From sequence record KU726251.1: a stretch of 64,000 bases of DNA, one strand, 5' to 3'. Under the pieces are notes generated by a model. It searched no databases. It was not told where the DNA came from and worked only from the letters and a program-made list of their open reading frames with translations. Made by a program: the position numbers and the translations under genes. This document shows, one piece after another, positions 15,512 through 25,977 of this stretch. Numbering within the stretch: the first letter of the stretch is position 1; each line of letters opens with the position of its first letter.

Positions 15512-18252
15512 TTAGAGGACGTTGTCTGGGTTGTCGTCGGTAGTCCCTTCGTCTTCTGTGCCTTCCGTTCCCTCGGTGGTTGTATCCGTGGTTTCGGTCG
15601 ACTCAGTCGTTTCCCCTGTACTATCCCCGTCGGTTCCGTCATCCGTATCGAGATCGAGGTCTAAATCATCGTCACCCCCACCACCGAGATCTCCTTCACC
15701 GCCACCGGTGTCACCGCCCGCATCAAAACCACCACTGAATCCGCCAGCAGATTCGTTAGGGTCAAGGTCAGCATTTTTCGCTAACGTTTCCAGTCGACCT
15801 GTAAAACGTTTCGCCAGTTGAATCAGCGTCTTCGAAGCAGCCATCGCTTCATCAGTCATCATGGTGATGTTGTCTTGACGAGATTTATCGTCGTAAACCA
15901 GATCGAAGAAGTCGGTTTCAATGCCTTGTTTACGCAGCCAGTTGCGCGTATAGAAGGATTTGATCATCGTCTTCAGATCGTTCGGGTCCATCGAGATGCC
16001 TTCCTGCTGAAGTTGCGCAGCAATGTCATCCGTTACAACCAGATCAGCCAGCTTCTCAAAGAACTCAGTACGTTTATCGAACAACTCCATCTGCGAAGCT
16101 GCTGCTGAGGTGTCTGGTGGTGGTAAGGTTACTTTCATACCGTTGATGAAGGCAGCCAGATACTCAGAGACCTTTTTCGTAACCTGGTCAGTAGTCATCC
16201 CATTGCCGTTAGCATTGATATACTCTGCAATGATTTTAATCATCGCTGATTGTAACGACGGGGAGGCCAACATCCCATTGACTACATAACGCGTCAGTGG
16301 CTTAGAGAGAATCTCTTGCTTCTTAACAACCTGCTGGGTGACCAGCAACGATTTAGAGAAAATCTGTGAAGCGAATTCGATGTTCTCCGGGGTCATTACC
16401 AGGTCAGGGTCAACACCAGCGATATGGCAAGTACGGCGTAACAGACCTTCGTCGAAATCCTTATCCGGATATTTATAATCCGGCGTGGTATCCGACACAG
16501 ACACTTTGGTACTACCGTAGTAGTCGTTACCGATAACGTTGAACGCAATACCTGCGTTTGTCGTCATTGCCCAGGTGTCGTTCATGTCCCCCCACATCGG
16601 TTGACGACGGTTATAGGAGTTCATGATGTCTGTTTTCAACTGGTCAATTGTTTTCTGACCGTTCATGTCATCTGGTGCCAACTCAATGTCGTACTGCATG
16701 TGACGCGCAGAGTTTAACACCGCAGAGTTCATGGTAGCGAACAACAGTGCCATACGGACAGTAGAGATAACGAACGAACGTTCGGTAATAGATACACCGA
16801 TGCCATCTTCATCAAAGTCCGTGGCGAAGTAGCAAAGGTTTTCCGCAGGAATATAAATAACCTGCGTATGGCGTTTTGCCAGATGGCGCGCCAGCATGAT
16901 ACGGCTGAACGTTTCGGTTACCGTCATGCTAATCTCAGCACCACCCAACGCCTCACCCAACGCTTTTGTCAGCTGATCTTCAGCAATCTCACCATAACGC
17001 GCTGTTAAGCGGTTAGCAATGTCTGGTGTGATTCGGGTTGTGTTGCCCATCCCCAGATTTGCACGGTTGATTGTTGAATCCACCATACCGTCGTTGTTCA
17101 GGTAGTTCATGAAGTTCGCATCACCGTAAAGTGTGGAGCGCGAGTTAATGAAGTTACCCATTTCGTCAACGATGGCCAGATAACCTATGGGGTTACGAAC
17201 ATCGTCGCCGATAACGAGCGGGAGTGTGGACTCTGCTGGCAGTAATCGTTCCGTGTATTCGATTTTGTTAGCATCGGAGAAACTCATCTTCGGTACTTCG
17301 CCGTAGAGCTTCTGCTCAGGCGTTTTCTGGTACGCTTCGTTGAGGTCGCCAATGTTGATTAAACCGAGTTTTGCCTTCTCTTGTTCGCTGTCAGTGAACT
17401 GGTCAGCGTTATACGCTGACGCACCTGTCGGTGTAGAAGGTTGTTCATATGCGTACTGCTCTAACTGCCCGAACAGGCCGGTACGAGCATTCTCCTGTGC
17501 CACACGGCGATAAGCCTCTGGTAACAGGGTAATACGCGGGTTGTCGGTGATAACGATATCCAGGGAAGCTAACATACCGTCTGCTTTAAACGGACTGTTA
17601 GGGGCTGATGCAAAGTTAAGTTTAATGGTTTGTGGCTTGGTGGGCTTGTCAGCGCCACGTGCACGGCCCAGAATACTTTCTACACCAACCTTCGGTTTGT
17701 TCTCACCGCCAATCTTGCCTAGAATACCCAACTGACGTTCAAAGAAGTCAGATTGGCTCCGGCGCAGTGATTCGGTTGCAACAGACGCTTTAAGCCGAAG
17801 AGTTCATCGAATCCGGTATCTGAAATCAGCAACACCGGGCTCGCGCCTTTGGATTTCAGTGCATCGTAAATCCACTGATACAGTTTGTTGGGCAACTGGC
17901 GCGTGTGGTCATGGAATTCACGCACGGGTTCTAACAACTGTTGACGCAGGTCGATCGGGATATCCGCCACGTTGTCGTAAATCAGCGTGGTGTTAATCAA
18001 ATCTTTTGTGGACAGGAGCGAGGAGGTCGCGATGGTAACAATGACCTCTAACTCAGGGAGCGCATCAAAGATACGTTCGGCATTTTTAACGGTGCGAATG
18101 CGGCTACTCGCGATACCTGTGAGTTCTGTACGGGTTGGTGTAACACCGCCATCTTCACGCTTACCGCGTTGCTGCTGAGCCGACGGGCTCGTGGACTTAC
18201 GCAGTATGGCAGCTACCGCGGGGTCGCCCGTTAATTTACTAATATCTTCCAT
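15512..18252 (-). CDS. Portal protein (about 913 aa), split into 177 aa and 739 aa ORFs by one apparent missing base near 17790
   Basis: Rejoining gives ...FGLK-ASVATES...QLGILGK; A-T-E falls at 161 and A-Q-E at 254, the processing sites I recall for SPN3US portal; phiKZ-type synteny; acidic C-terminal tail. Confidence 0.8.
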
Positions 18253-18263
18253 TGGGGTCTCCG

Positions 18264-20447
18264 ATGCAGAGATTTAACATTTTTCGTGACCAGGCTATCC
18301 AGTTAGCGAAATCCCTGATTGTCAAATCAGAGAGCATCGCACAACAGATGAACCTGGCAATAACCAAAAACGGCGGTTTCGTTTCCGAGAACCGTGAGAC
18401 GTGGCGGTATTACCTACACTTAGCAGGTAAACGACATGCAATCGACAAGCCGATATACATTACGTCACTCGACACGCAAGAGCAGATAGAGTTAACGACG
18501 CAGAACCTCTCCCGTCATAAAAAGACCTCAAACGTATATCGTTCTAACCCGGAGTATATCGATGACTTAATCGCCGAGTATCCGGACTACGCAGTATACA
18601 TTCGCGGCACTTTCAATCCGATTGATATTGCATACGCGATACGTGTCGATGACTGCTCAATTTTGTATTACGATCCTGCTTTAGTTGAACCGCAGGAGAC
18701 GTCGTTAATTACACATATTGAGAACTTTATTCGTGCGGCACATGTACGTTTCATGGCCGATGGCTGGAAAGTTCACAACGACTGTTTCGTACTGGCCTTT
18801 TACATGCAGCAGTACCCGGTGTGGCCGGGGCTTATCATGTACATCCGCAAACGATTACAGTTTACGACCGAAACGCACTCCTACTACGTGACCGAGTTCT
18901 TGGCATCGCACCAAGAACTGCACGAGTTCATGCCGTACCTGACCCTCAAGCAGAAATTCACACTGTATCGCAATATCCGTTACTGGGAACGTAACTCTGG
19001 TAAGGAAGAAATCTTTACTTGGATGATTGACACCCTGCTGACAGGTTGGGGTATGCCTGCTGTTGGATATAAGGTCGCCCAGCAGATTCACGACCCGACG
19101 ACGGGCAGCGACGATGACCTGACACCACTCCCGATCGGCTACCAGTCGTCGCTTAACTATACTGAACGTGACTCGGGTCGTGACCTGGACATTGTTAGCA
19201 CAACTGACATTATCCAGAAAGAAATCAATCTGGCGTACAATAACCCAGTGCACGAACCCGACTATCAGGAAGACCTCGATCGGCGTTTGAGCTTGACGCA
19301 GTATCCGAACCTGCCAACGAAGTTAGTTGAGGTAACGGCGATTGACCCAGAGGCCATCGAACGTTGGGAATTTATGCATGGCTTGTTCAACGAGTGGATG
19401 CATATCGTGGCACGTGGACAGTACAACATTTACCACGAAATTCTTAACCCAACGAACGGGGACACGCTAAAGCTCACTTCAAAAGAGCTGCTGGCACTGT
19501 TCTTGTATGCGAGCTTCAAAGGTTATTCTGGCGTAGCACTGGATAAAATCCCGGTGTGGAATGTGTTTGGTGTGCTAATCAAACGCTGGGTTGGTTTTGA
19601 TGAGATGGAACAGCATCTGCCAAGTTCATGGCCCGGCCGTTTTAATGCGTTGATTAACTATTACACGGACACGCATCATGAAGTTATCGGTAATTTGATG
19701 TCTGCAGATGAGTTGTACGATGAAATTAGCGAAATCATGGTGCAGAAGCGTCGTCGTTACCGTTACTCGTATAATCGACACAAGCTAGCCGACCGTGCTG
19801 CCGGCACAATGCTGTTTACCTACCACTATCGTGACTATAAGTGCGATCTTGACCTACCTTACCGCGATTACGACGAGTTCTTTAAAACGTTTGGTTTTGA
19901 TTACGAGTTAGTCTCCGCGGAAACCTGGCAGGACATCGCCACCGACGCTCTAAACGTGGCCACTAATCTGGAAACACGTGCGTCTGTCTCACAAGCTGAA
20001 ATACAACGCGCGATGGTGCGGTTAATGACGAAACTCTCGTCGTATACTGTCCATTTTGCCGCACGTATGGGTTCTGACACCTACGATGTCACCGACCCAG
20101 TCATCCCGATTCTGGATGATATTCTCACAGAGGCTGCCGATACAACAAATATCATTTACCCTCTGACAGACGTGCAGCGTGTGAGCCGTAGTTCATTCAT
20201 GACGACGGATAAGCCCATCCCTGTCGCTCCCGTGATAAAGGAAATGGCAATCCCGCAACGTATTAAGTTGCGGATGAATGTCTACCCTGGTATCCGTGTG
20301 AAGGTCGAGCAGGATGTTGTGGTCGATATGGTACAGCCGCCTATCGACGTTGTCCGTGTGCGGACGTCATTTGAGGAGTGGACGCTTGCCGAGCGCGTGG
20401 CCGACCGTGACATGGATGGCTTCCGGCTAGACCAATTACCAAAGTGA
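18264..20447 (+). CDS. Virion structural (baseplate-type) protein (727 aa)
   Basis: Large ORF divergent from the portal as in the phiKZ group; YLHLAG and FLASH segments. Confidence 0.65.
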   Translation: MQRFNIFRDQAIQLAKSLIVKSESIAQQMNLAITKNGGFVSENRETWRYYLHLAGKRHAIDKPIYITSLDTQEQIELTTQNLSRHKKTSNVYRSNPEYIDDLIAEYPDYAVYIRGTFNPIDIAYAIRVDDCSILYYDPALVEPQETSLITHIENFIRAAHVRFMADGWKVHNDCFVLAFYMQQYPVWPGLIMYIRKRLQFTTETHSYYVTEFLASHQELHEFMPYLTLKQKFTLYRNIRYWERNSGKEEIFTWMIDTLLTGWGMPAVGYKVAQQIHDPTTGSDDDLTPLPIGYQSSLNYTERDSGRDLDIVSTTDIIQKEINLAYNNPVHEPDYQEDLDRRLSLTQYPNLPTKLVEVTAIDPEAIERWEFMHGLFNEWMHIVARGQYNIYHEILNPTNGDTLKLTSKELLALFLYASFKGYSGVALDKIPVWNVFGVLIKRWVGFDEMEQHLPSSWPGRFNALINYYTDTHHEVIGNLMSADELYDEISEIMVQKRRRYRYSYNRHKLADRAAGTMLFTYHYRDYKCDLDLPYRDYDEFFKTFGFDYELVSAETWQDIATDALNVATNLETRASVSQAEIQRAMVRLMTKLSSYTVHFAARMGSDTYDVTDPVIPILDDILTEAADTTNIIYPLTDVQRVSRSSFMTTDKPIPVAPVIKEMAIPQRIKLRMNVYPGIRVKVEQDVVVDMVQPPIDVVRVRTSFEEWTLAERVADRDMDGFRLDQLPK

Positions 20448-20454
20448 GAGACTT

Positions 20455-20982
20455 ATGGGATACCGTATAGATTTATCAAAAACCCCGAAACAGATTCTGG
20501 TTGAGAGAATCAATTACGTTTTTAAGTTATCGTATAGTGAAAATAACTACGAGTTTAACCCACGTGGGGTGTGGCCGCTGACCCAAGCAGAGCGACGCGC
20601 TAAAGGCGTGGAGTCTAAAGTTGCGGCGCGCTTTGTAAATGGGGTACACGGCACCCAAGAGTTTTACCTGACTCGTGCGGACTTAAACAAGTTACTTAAA
20701 GACGTAACGGTTGAAGTCCCGAAAGGTGCGGTGGAATGGAGCCATGAATTAGTTCCGTATATTGTCGATGAGCTGGGTCTCCAGCTCGACACCTACGATA
20801 TCATGGTTGAACCGATTACCCCAGAAATGGAATCGTATGAGGCGCGCTTAATCCCGCACCATCTATCTTTCAAAGGCACGATTGCGATTACTTTTGTTGA
20901 CCCAACTCCCCGTAAGCTGGCGCAGCTGGTAACTAAACGGGCACTCGACGGGTTTCGCCCAGGAGAATTTTTAAATGGCTAA
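20455..20982 (+). CDS. Tail/baseplate paralogue family A protein (175 aa)
   Basis: KQILVERIN...TRADL...LGLQLDTYDI...ALDGF pattern shared with the 52-63 kb array. Confidence 0.65.
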   Translation: MGYRIDLSKTPKQILVERINYVFKLSYSENNYEFNPRGVWPLTQAERRAKGVESKVAARFVNGVHGTQEFYLTRADLNKLLKDVTVEVPKGAVEWSHELVPYIVDELGLQLDTYDIMVEPITPEMESYEARLIPHHLSFKGTIAITFVDPTPRKLAQLVTKRALDGFRPGEFLNG

Positions 20983-21860
20983 CACCAAAGTTTACGATGG
21001 TAAACTGTCAACAGTGACTCTTAACGCGATGCGACTTACGACCGCGTTATTGACAGGCGCTGACGTGCAGTACCCACAGAAATCCACGATGAACGAGTTT
21101 TATAAACTCATGACCTCGAAAGTGCCCGATGGCGCTACACGCCCGCATTTAGGATACATGTGCGTAGGCAATCGCGGACACATTGTTGATCAGTCTGATG
21201 TTGTGGCAGACGTTGTTCCTGTCGCGAAATCCCCGATTACGTCAGGGATGTTCTCGCGCGTTCCATTGGTACTGCGTACATTGGATAATGACTTATCTGA
21301 TGAGCAACGTAAACAGTAGCTTTCCGTACTCGTGAAACTATCGGCGCGCGGGATTACTGGGCGTACTATCTGAAACGTATCGATATGCGCGCAGTGAAGA
21401 CCACTGACCTGGATATCACTCGCGAAAACGGTGTTGAAACCGTCAAAGATTTCGTCTATACCGATGCGGAACTGAACCCGGTACCGAAAGAACTCCCAGA
21501 CTACGATTACGACGATGACGGCACTGTAGAGATCCCCGACGGTCGTTATGTTGAATCGGGCGCAGACTGGTGATTCCATGGACTGAGTTTGATGTTCAGG
21601 AATACATGAACGTGACAGCGATTCTACGTGGCACACCACGTAGTTCGATTATCTCTGAAATTGCGCTGTGCTCTGGCGTTGATACCCCTGAAACGGGTGA
21701 GTCGGCTACCGGTTCGCAGTTCAGCTACGACGAAGCTATCGGTGTGCAAGCGTTGTACTACATCTCTCTGTTCACTAACCTGGCACAGACCAACGATCGT
21801 CTGTCACTGACCATCCGTATCGGCCAGCCAGCACCGTGGTTCTTAGGGACAGCTAACTGA
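20975..21860 (+). CDS. Virion structural protein (about 295 aa), split by two apparent missing bases
   Basis: CAG TA[C] GCT TTC CGT at about 21317 and GAC [x]TG GTG ATT at about 21569 join three fragments into one continuous protein-like frame. Confidence 0.7.
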
Positions 21861-22510
21861 TGCTGATTCCTGAGCCGAGGTTACCCGACAGTATGGTGAG
21901 GATTGCGGCTGTTGACCCCGGTACCGCCCATCTTGGGATGGCGGTTATCGACTGGGAATTTGGCCAACCTCAAGGTGAAGTTGTCTGGGCGGGAACGGCT
22001 CATGTTGCGGACCCTACGCACAATAGCGCCTTTGGCGAGTGCGTAGGGAAACGTGATGCGCGTTTGGTGGAATTAGAAGAACGCTTTCGCGAGTTTTTAA
22101 AACTGGCAAGGCCGACTTTTGTCGCTACCGAAACTCCATTCATGCGAAGAGCTAAGCTCTCAGCGTACGAGTCTGGGGTGGAGTTGCAACTGATGTTGCG
22201 GCGAACGCTTTGGGACGTGTTTCCCGAAAAATATCTCCATGGGTTTAATCCTATTATTGTGAAGTCGTACGTTGGTGTGGAAGCAAAGGGTACAGATAAA
22301 TCGCATATGCAGCAAGCGGTTACCAAGCTCTACGCTAACCATACCCGGTGCGACTTATCGGTATTGGATGAACACAGTATCGATGCCGTGGCGGTGGGTA
22401 ATATCTTCGTCAGGGTCAACTTATTAAACCTAAATAGTCTCCTTCCGCCCAAGGTTAAAGTTCCTAAAGCTAAGGCCGGTAAGCGGAAAGGAAGACGCCG
22501 GAGGAAATAG
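21860..22510 (+). CDS. ruvC: RuvC-like Holliday junction resolvase
   Basis: RIAAVDPGT (Asp), ATETPF (Glu), HSIDAVAV (Asp) catalytic pattern. Confidence 0.8.
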   Translation: MLIPEPRLPDSMVRIAAVDPGTAHLGMAVIDWEFGQPQGEVVWAGTAHVADPTHNSAFGECVGKRDARLVELEERFREFLKLARPTFVATETPFMRRAKLSAYESGVELQLMLRRTLWDVFPEKYLHGFNPIIVKSYVGVEAKGTDKSHMQQAVTKLYANHTRCDLSVLDEHSIDAVAVGNIFVRVNLLNLNSLLPPKVKVPKAKAGKRKGRRRRK

Positions 22511-22512
22511 CG

Positions 22513-23085
22513 ATGTCGCAGTCTTTGCAAGAAGCCTCGACGGATGTGTTGGATGTTCTTATCCAGGCGGGCACCAATAAATTAAGCCTGGAAGAGAGTA
22601 AACGACTAAAAACAGCCGCCCAGACCGCTTTGGGAAGTGATGTTGAAATTGATGTCACTAAACCTGCTAACGTGATTCTTACTTCTTTACGCCCCCTCAT
22701 CCTTGAGCAGGTGGGGAACATGGCGAAAACGTTTGAATCGCAAGCAAATGCCGCAGTAGAAAGCATGGATGAAAAGCTCGCCAAAGAAACGTTATTGACT
22801 CTGTGGCCAAATTTGAAAGGTCCGCAGAAAGTCCTTATCGTTTTGTTGGTGCTGACCACTGTGGTGATCACTGGCGCGATGGCCTGGGACACACACCTGC
22901 ATTATCCACAAGAGTTAACGGATGTGCTGATTGTGGCGCTCTTACCTTTGTTTGCTCAGGCCGTGTTCTTTACATGGCCGATTAAGACGCTTGCTTATAA
23001 CTCGATGGCCATTGGTGCCAAAGTTGTTGAATACAAGCTGAATAAGAGCAACGCGAAGCAACAGACTACCGCACCTAAAGTGTAA
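22513..23085 (+). CDS. Two-TM membrane protein (190 aa)
   Basis: Hydrophobic segments VLIVLLVLTTVVITGAMAW and VLIVALLPLFAQAVFFTW. Confidence 0.7.
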   Translation: MSQSLQEASTDVLDVLIQAGTNKLSLEESKRLKTAAQTALGSDVEIDVTKPANVILTSLRPLILEQVGNMAKTFESQANAAVESMDEKLAKETLLTLWPNLKGPQKVLIVLLVLTTVVITGAMAWDTHLHYPQELTDVLIVALLPLFAQAVFFTWPIKTLAYNSMAIGAKVVEYKLNKSNAKQQTTAPKV

Positions 23086-23088
23086 TTA

Positions 23089-23130
23089 AGCCCTCTTCTC
23101 CTCCGGGGGAAGAGGCTTCTTATTTTTTTA
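23089..23130 (+). terminator. Intrinsic terminator
   Basis: GC-rich hairpin plus T tract. Confidence 0.75.
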
Positions 23131-23153
23131 TTACGTCTACGTAAATTACTGTG
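23130..23153 (+). promoter_or_regulatory. Bipartite motif ATTAC-N15-TGTG
   Basis: Immediately after the terminator, upstream of ORF 23182. Confidence 0.55.
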
Positions 23154-23181
23154 TAAGCACGACCCAAAAGGAATATAAAAA

Positions 23182-23820
23182 ATGCAATTACAATTTCGTC
23201 AACGGTCTGTACTACTACCGTTTAGCGCTATATTAGGTTCGTTTACCAAAATGCTGTCTGTGGATTTTACTGCAGCTGAGAAAGAAGCGCTGTTATTGGC
23301 GGCAGTCGAAGAAGTATTGTGGGAGGCATTTTACGTAGTGCCGTTTCGTAGCTGCTTAAACGCCCCGTATGTTGAAGGGCAGTTTGTCAGCGCGCTTTCC
23401 GCCGCGATTACCAAACGTAAACTAAATGCCATGGCGCATGTCAAAGAGATCACCGCGCAACGAGGACGGATATTCGCTGCCGTCAGAAATGTGTTAATTA
23501 AAGAAGGGTTTCTTGCAGACTCGTTAGGTCCCGAAGTTCCTTGGGAACCAGGTCATCCACCGCGTCAGTTCGACCACGGGTACAAGTTAAGTATAATTAT
23601 GCCACGCGGTAAGCGTGACGTCTCATTGGGGAAATGGTTACAGATAAGCTGGGTTCGTCCTACTATCGATTGGCAAGAAATGTCGGTCAATCGCTATCTG
23701 GAACACCTGGCAAAAACACCGGCACAGTTTCACCGTTCAACAATCCTGCCGCTACACATGCTGTTAAAACCGTCCCTGTCATTGGCAGAAGCCATATACC
23801 TGCTTAGTGGAGAGAAGTGA
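23182..23820 (+). CDS. Hypothetical protein (212 aa)
   Basis: RBS AAGGA; coupled to the next gene. Confidence 0.75.
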   Translation: MQLQFRQRSVLLPFSAILGSFTKMLSVDFTAAEKEALLLAAVEEVLWEAFYVVPFRSCLNAPYVEGQFVSALSAAITKRKLNAMAHVKEITAQRGRIFAAVRNVLIKEGFLADSLGPEVPWEPGHPPRQFDHGYKLSIIMPRGKRDVSLGKWLQISWVRPTIDWQEMSVNRYLEHLAKTPAQFHRSTILPLHMLLKPSLSLAEAIYLLSGEK

Positions 23821-24302
23821 TGCTTGTTATTAATGTGGTCGAGGATAAGATTCCTGCGAACGTTTATCCTGAACTGGTTGAATGGGTACGCGACTTAAAC
23901 AGTATTCGTGAGGAGCCTATTAAACTCACGATGTTTGTTGAGGATGATATCGTGCGGGGAATCATGGCATGGGAACCTGGCCATTTGGTCTATATGGTTG
24001 TGCCCGAGGAATCGCGACGCGGCGGCGTCGGTAGATTTATGCTTAAGTATCTTCAGCAGAACTCCGATCGTAAACACGTCAGCTGTCGTGTTCACCCGAC
24101 CAACATTCCCGCGCTGGGATTCTTTCACCAACAAGGCTTCCAGATTGACCGATGGTATATTGCTGCTGACGGCCAACGGTATTTTCGTATGACGAACTAC
24201 AATGTTATTTCGTCACACACGCCACCGGAGGAAAAGCTTTTAACTCATTACGCTGAAAGCGTTCCCATTTTTCTTTCGATGGCAGAAGGTCAATTCGTCT
24301 AA
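23817..24302 (+). CDS. GNAT acetyltransferase
   Basis: VVPEESRRGGVGRFML (acetyl-CoA motif A); NIPALGFFHQQGF. Confidence 0.85.
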   Translation: MMLVINVVEDKIPANVYPELVEWVRDLNSIREEPIKLTMFVEDDIVRGIMAWEPGHLVYMVVPEESRRGGVGRFMLKYLQQNSDRKHVSCRVHPTNIPALGFFHQQGFQIDRWYIAADGQRYFRMTNYNVISSHTPPEEKLLTHYAESVPIFLSMAEGQFV

Positions 24303-24319
24303 ACGAGCGAGAGTGTATA

Positions 24320-24796
24320 ATGATACGTGTTGCTTACGAAACACGAGATACGGATGGAACCCGTATAAACGTCATCCGCCGTGTGGAGCTTGTTCCTCAG
24401 CATGAACTGAATATTGCAGACAGTTCGCTTAGGGGTACTCCTGTTAAGATTCTGAATCTTACGAGACGTTCTTTTCATCACAGTAAGACTTCACCAGCAA
24501 TACGGTCCAGTAAAAGAAAAAGTTATGCCGATTTAAAACATCGGTTGTCCCGGCATTTTCGTCGGAGTGCCTGGAAGGCTTTAGTTGTGGTTTTGGTTGA
24601 CGAACACCTTATCCAGAAGTTGGAATGGGAAGAGGTTCTCAAGGAAGCGGGCTATCCAACCAAACCTTTCTCTTATCACTGGCATCACTTCAAAAAACAG
24701 TTCCACGATGCCTTACAGGTATCGCCAAACACTCGCAACATGATTCACCGTTTGGAGAAAATGGACTGGCTTCTACCCTATCTGGAAGAGGACTAG
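24320..24796 (+). CDS. Hypothetical protein (158 aa)
   Basis: In-operon ORF. Confidence 0.7.
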   Translation: MIRVAYETRDTDGTRINVIRRVELVPQHELNIADSSLRGTPVKILNLTRRSFHHSKTSPAIRSSKRKSYADLKHRLSRHFRRSAWKALVVVLVDEHLIQKLEWEEVLKEAGYPTKPFSYHWHHFKKQFHDALQVSPNTRNMIHRLEKMDWLLPYLEED

Positions 24797-24798
24797 AT

Positions 24799-25188
24799 AT
24801 GATGCGTGCTGTATTAGCTGTGTTTATAATTTGCGTTACTACGTCAGTATACGCGTTTACTGTTCAGGACTTCCCGCAATACAAACCAATGTGGGAAACT
24901 GACGCACCTGTGAAATTCAGCGACAAAGATGAACCAGTCGTGACGGTGGAAAATGGTGAGTTTGCCGTGGTTAACTACGGACGTTCTGAACTGTGTCCAG
25001 GTGGTGGCTTTTATCTCGTTAACACAAAGCGCAAGACGTACCAGCCAATAGATGCGGGTACGTGTTCGTCGAAAGTTAAAGCGACAATTGCCCCGTCAGT
25101 ACGAACACACTGCAGAGTTAATAACCTACGGTTAACTTTTTGGGTAGGTAAAGAAATTTCCGCGCGGTATCCTTTGTACGATTACTAA
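24799..25188 (+). CDS. Secreted/periplasmic protein with signal peptide (129 aa)
   Basis: MMRAVLAVFIICVTTSVYA-F signal peptide, RBS GAGG, three Cys in the mature part. Confidence 0.7.
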   Translation: MMRAVLAVFIICVTTSVYAFTVQDFPQYKPMWETDAPVKFSDKDEPVVTVENGEFAVVNYGRSELCPGGGFYLVNTKRKTYQPIDAGTCSSKVKATIAPSVRTHCRVNNLRLTFWVGKEISARYPLYDY

Positions 25189-25190
25189 AC

Positions 25191-25230
25191 ACAGCGTATA
25201 GGGCTTCGGCCCCTATACTGTTTATTATTT
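25191..25230 (+). terminator. Intrinsic terminator
   Basis: GTATAGGGC-ttcg-GCCCCTATAC plus T tail. Confidence 0.75.
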
Positions 25231-25278
25231 TCCTGTGAAGTATTATGACCCCCCTTAATCAAATACCAGGAGCGAGGC

Positions 25279-25896
25279 ATGTCTTTTGTTATTGACTTTA
25301 ACCACCATCACAGTCAAACCTTGCTCGATTTAGTCAATGCTTTTAATGCTGAAACCGTTTATACGCCCCTGACCACAGAACGTATCCGTGTGGAGAGTTA
25401 TGGTCCGCCGGAACCAGACGGTCGTGTAAGTGCTTTGCTGACTAATAAGAGTAAGCCGGACGACTATGTGGTTGTGCGTTACCGCAAATTGAGCCTCAAT
25501 GATATAATCACGTTGAAGCCTGAACATCTCACATGGTTTGATTTGTCGAAAGGTAAACCGGCCGATTTGCGCGTATGGTCTGAACCTGCAATGGCTAGTT
25601 TTGAATCGGCGTGTGCAGAACGCGGCATCGTTGTAAGTAAGGCGTGGGAAAACCCCGCGCAATGCCACGTGGAGTATGACATCCCGACCGATCGATACGT
25701 CCTCGTCTATGAATGCGAATCATTTGTTTACGAATCACGCACACGCATTACGCTACCGTACCATATCGGCCAAGACTTAACCAAGACAACGCTGCCTGGT
25801 CTGGAATACGACCTGGCTGGTTTCTGGGGGCGTAAGCTGTTAGAAGAAGTGACTATCTCGAAGCTTAACGGTTTTCGTTATCGTGAGTTTGTTTAA
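25279..25896 (+). CDS. Tail/baseplate paralogue family A protein (205 aa), isolated copy
   Basis: SQTLLDLVNAFN...VVRYRKLSL; LPGLEY and KLNGFRY motifs; flanked by terminators. Confidence 0.6.
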   Translation: MSFVIDFNHHHSQTLLDLVNAFNAETVYTPLTTERIRVESYGPPEPDGRVSALLTNKSKPDDYVVVRYRKLSLNDIITLKPEHLTWFDLSKGKPADLRVWSEPAMASFESACAERGIVVSKAWENPAQCHVEYDIPTDRYVLVYECESFVYESRTRITLPYHIGQDLTKTTLPGLEYDLAGFWGRKLLEEVTISKLNGFRYREFV

Positions 25897-25900
25897 GACA

Positions 25901-25941
25901 CTACCCTCGCCCGTTTAGCGAGGGTAGGTATTTATTTTTTT
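25901..25941 (+). terminator. Intrinsic terminator
   Basis: CTACCCTCGC/GCGAGGGTAG plus T tract. Confidence 0.8.
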
Positions 25942-25977
25942 CTTACGAATCGTCCACTCCGTATAGGAGGTAAGTCC

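Noticed and set aside
15445-15642. 65 aa minus-strand K-rich ORF
   Set aside because: Reads through the terminator T tract and overlaps the portal end; not protein-like.
15522-15821. Ser/Pro-rich + strand ORF
   Set aside because: Mirror of the low-complexity portal tail.
15512-18252. Portal as pseudogene or as two genuine genes
   Set aside because: The function is essential, and a single-base repair restores conserved processing-site positions.
22513-23085. Holin call for the two-TM protein
   Set aside because: No adjacent endolysin or spanin and a long soluble N-domain; insufficient evidence.
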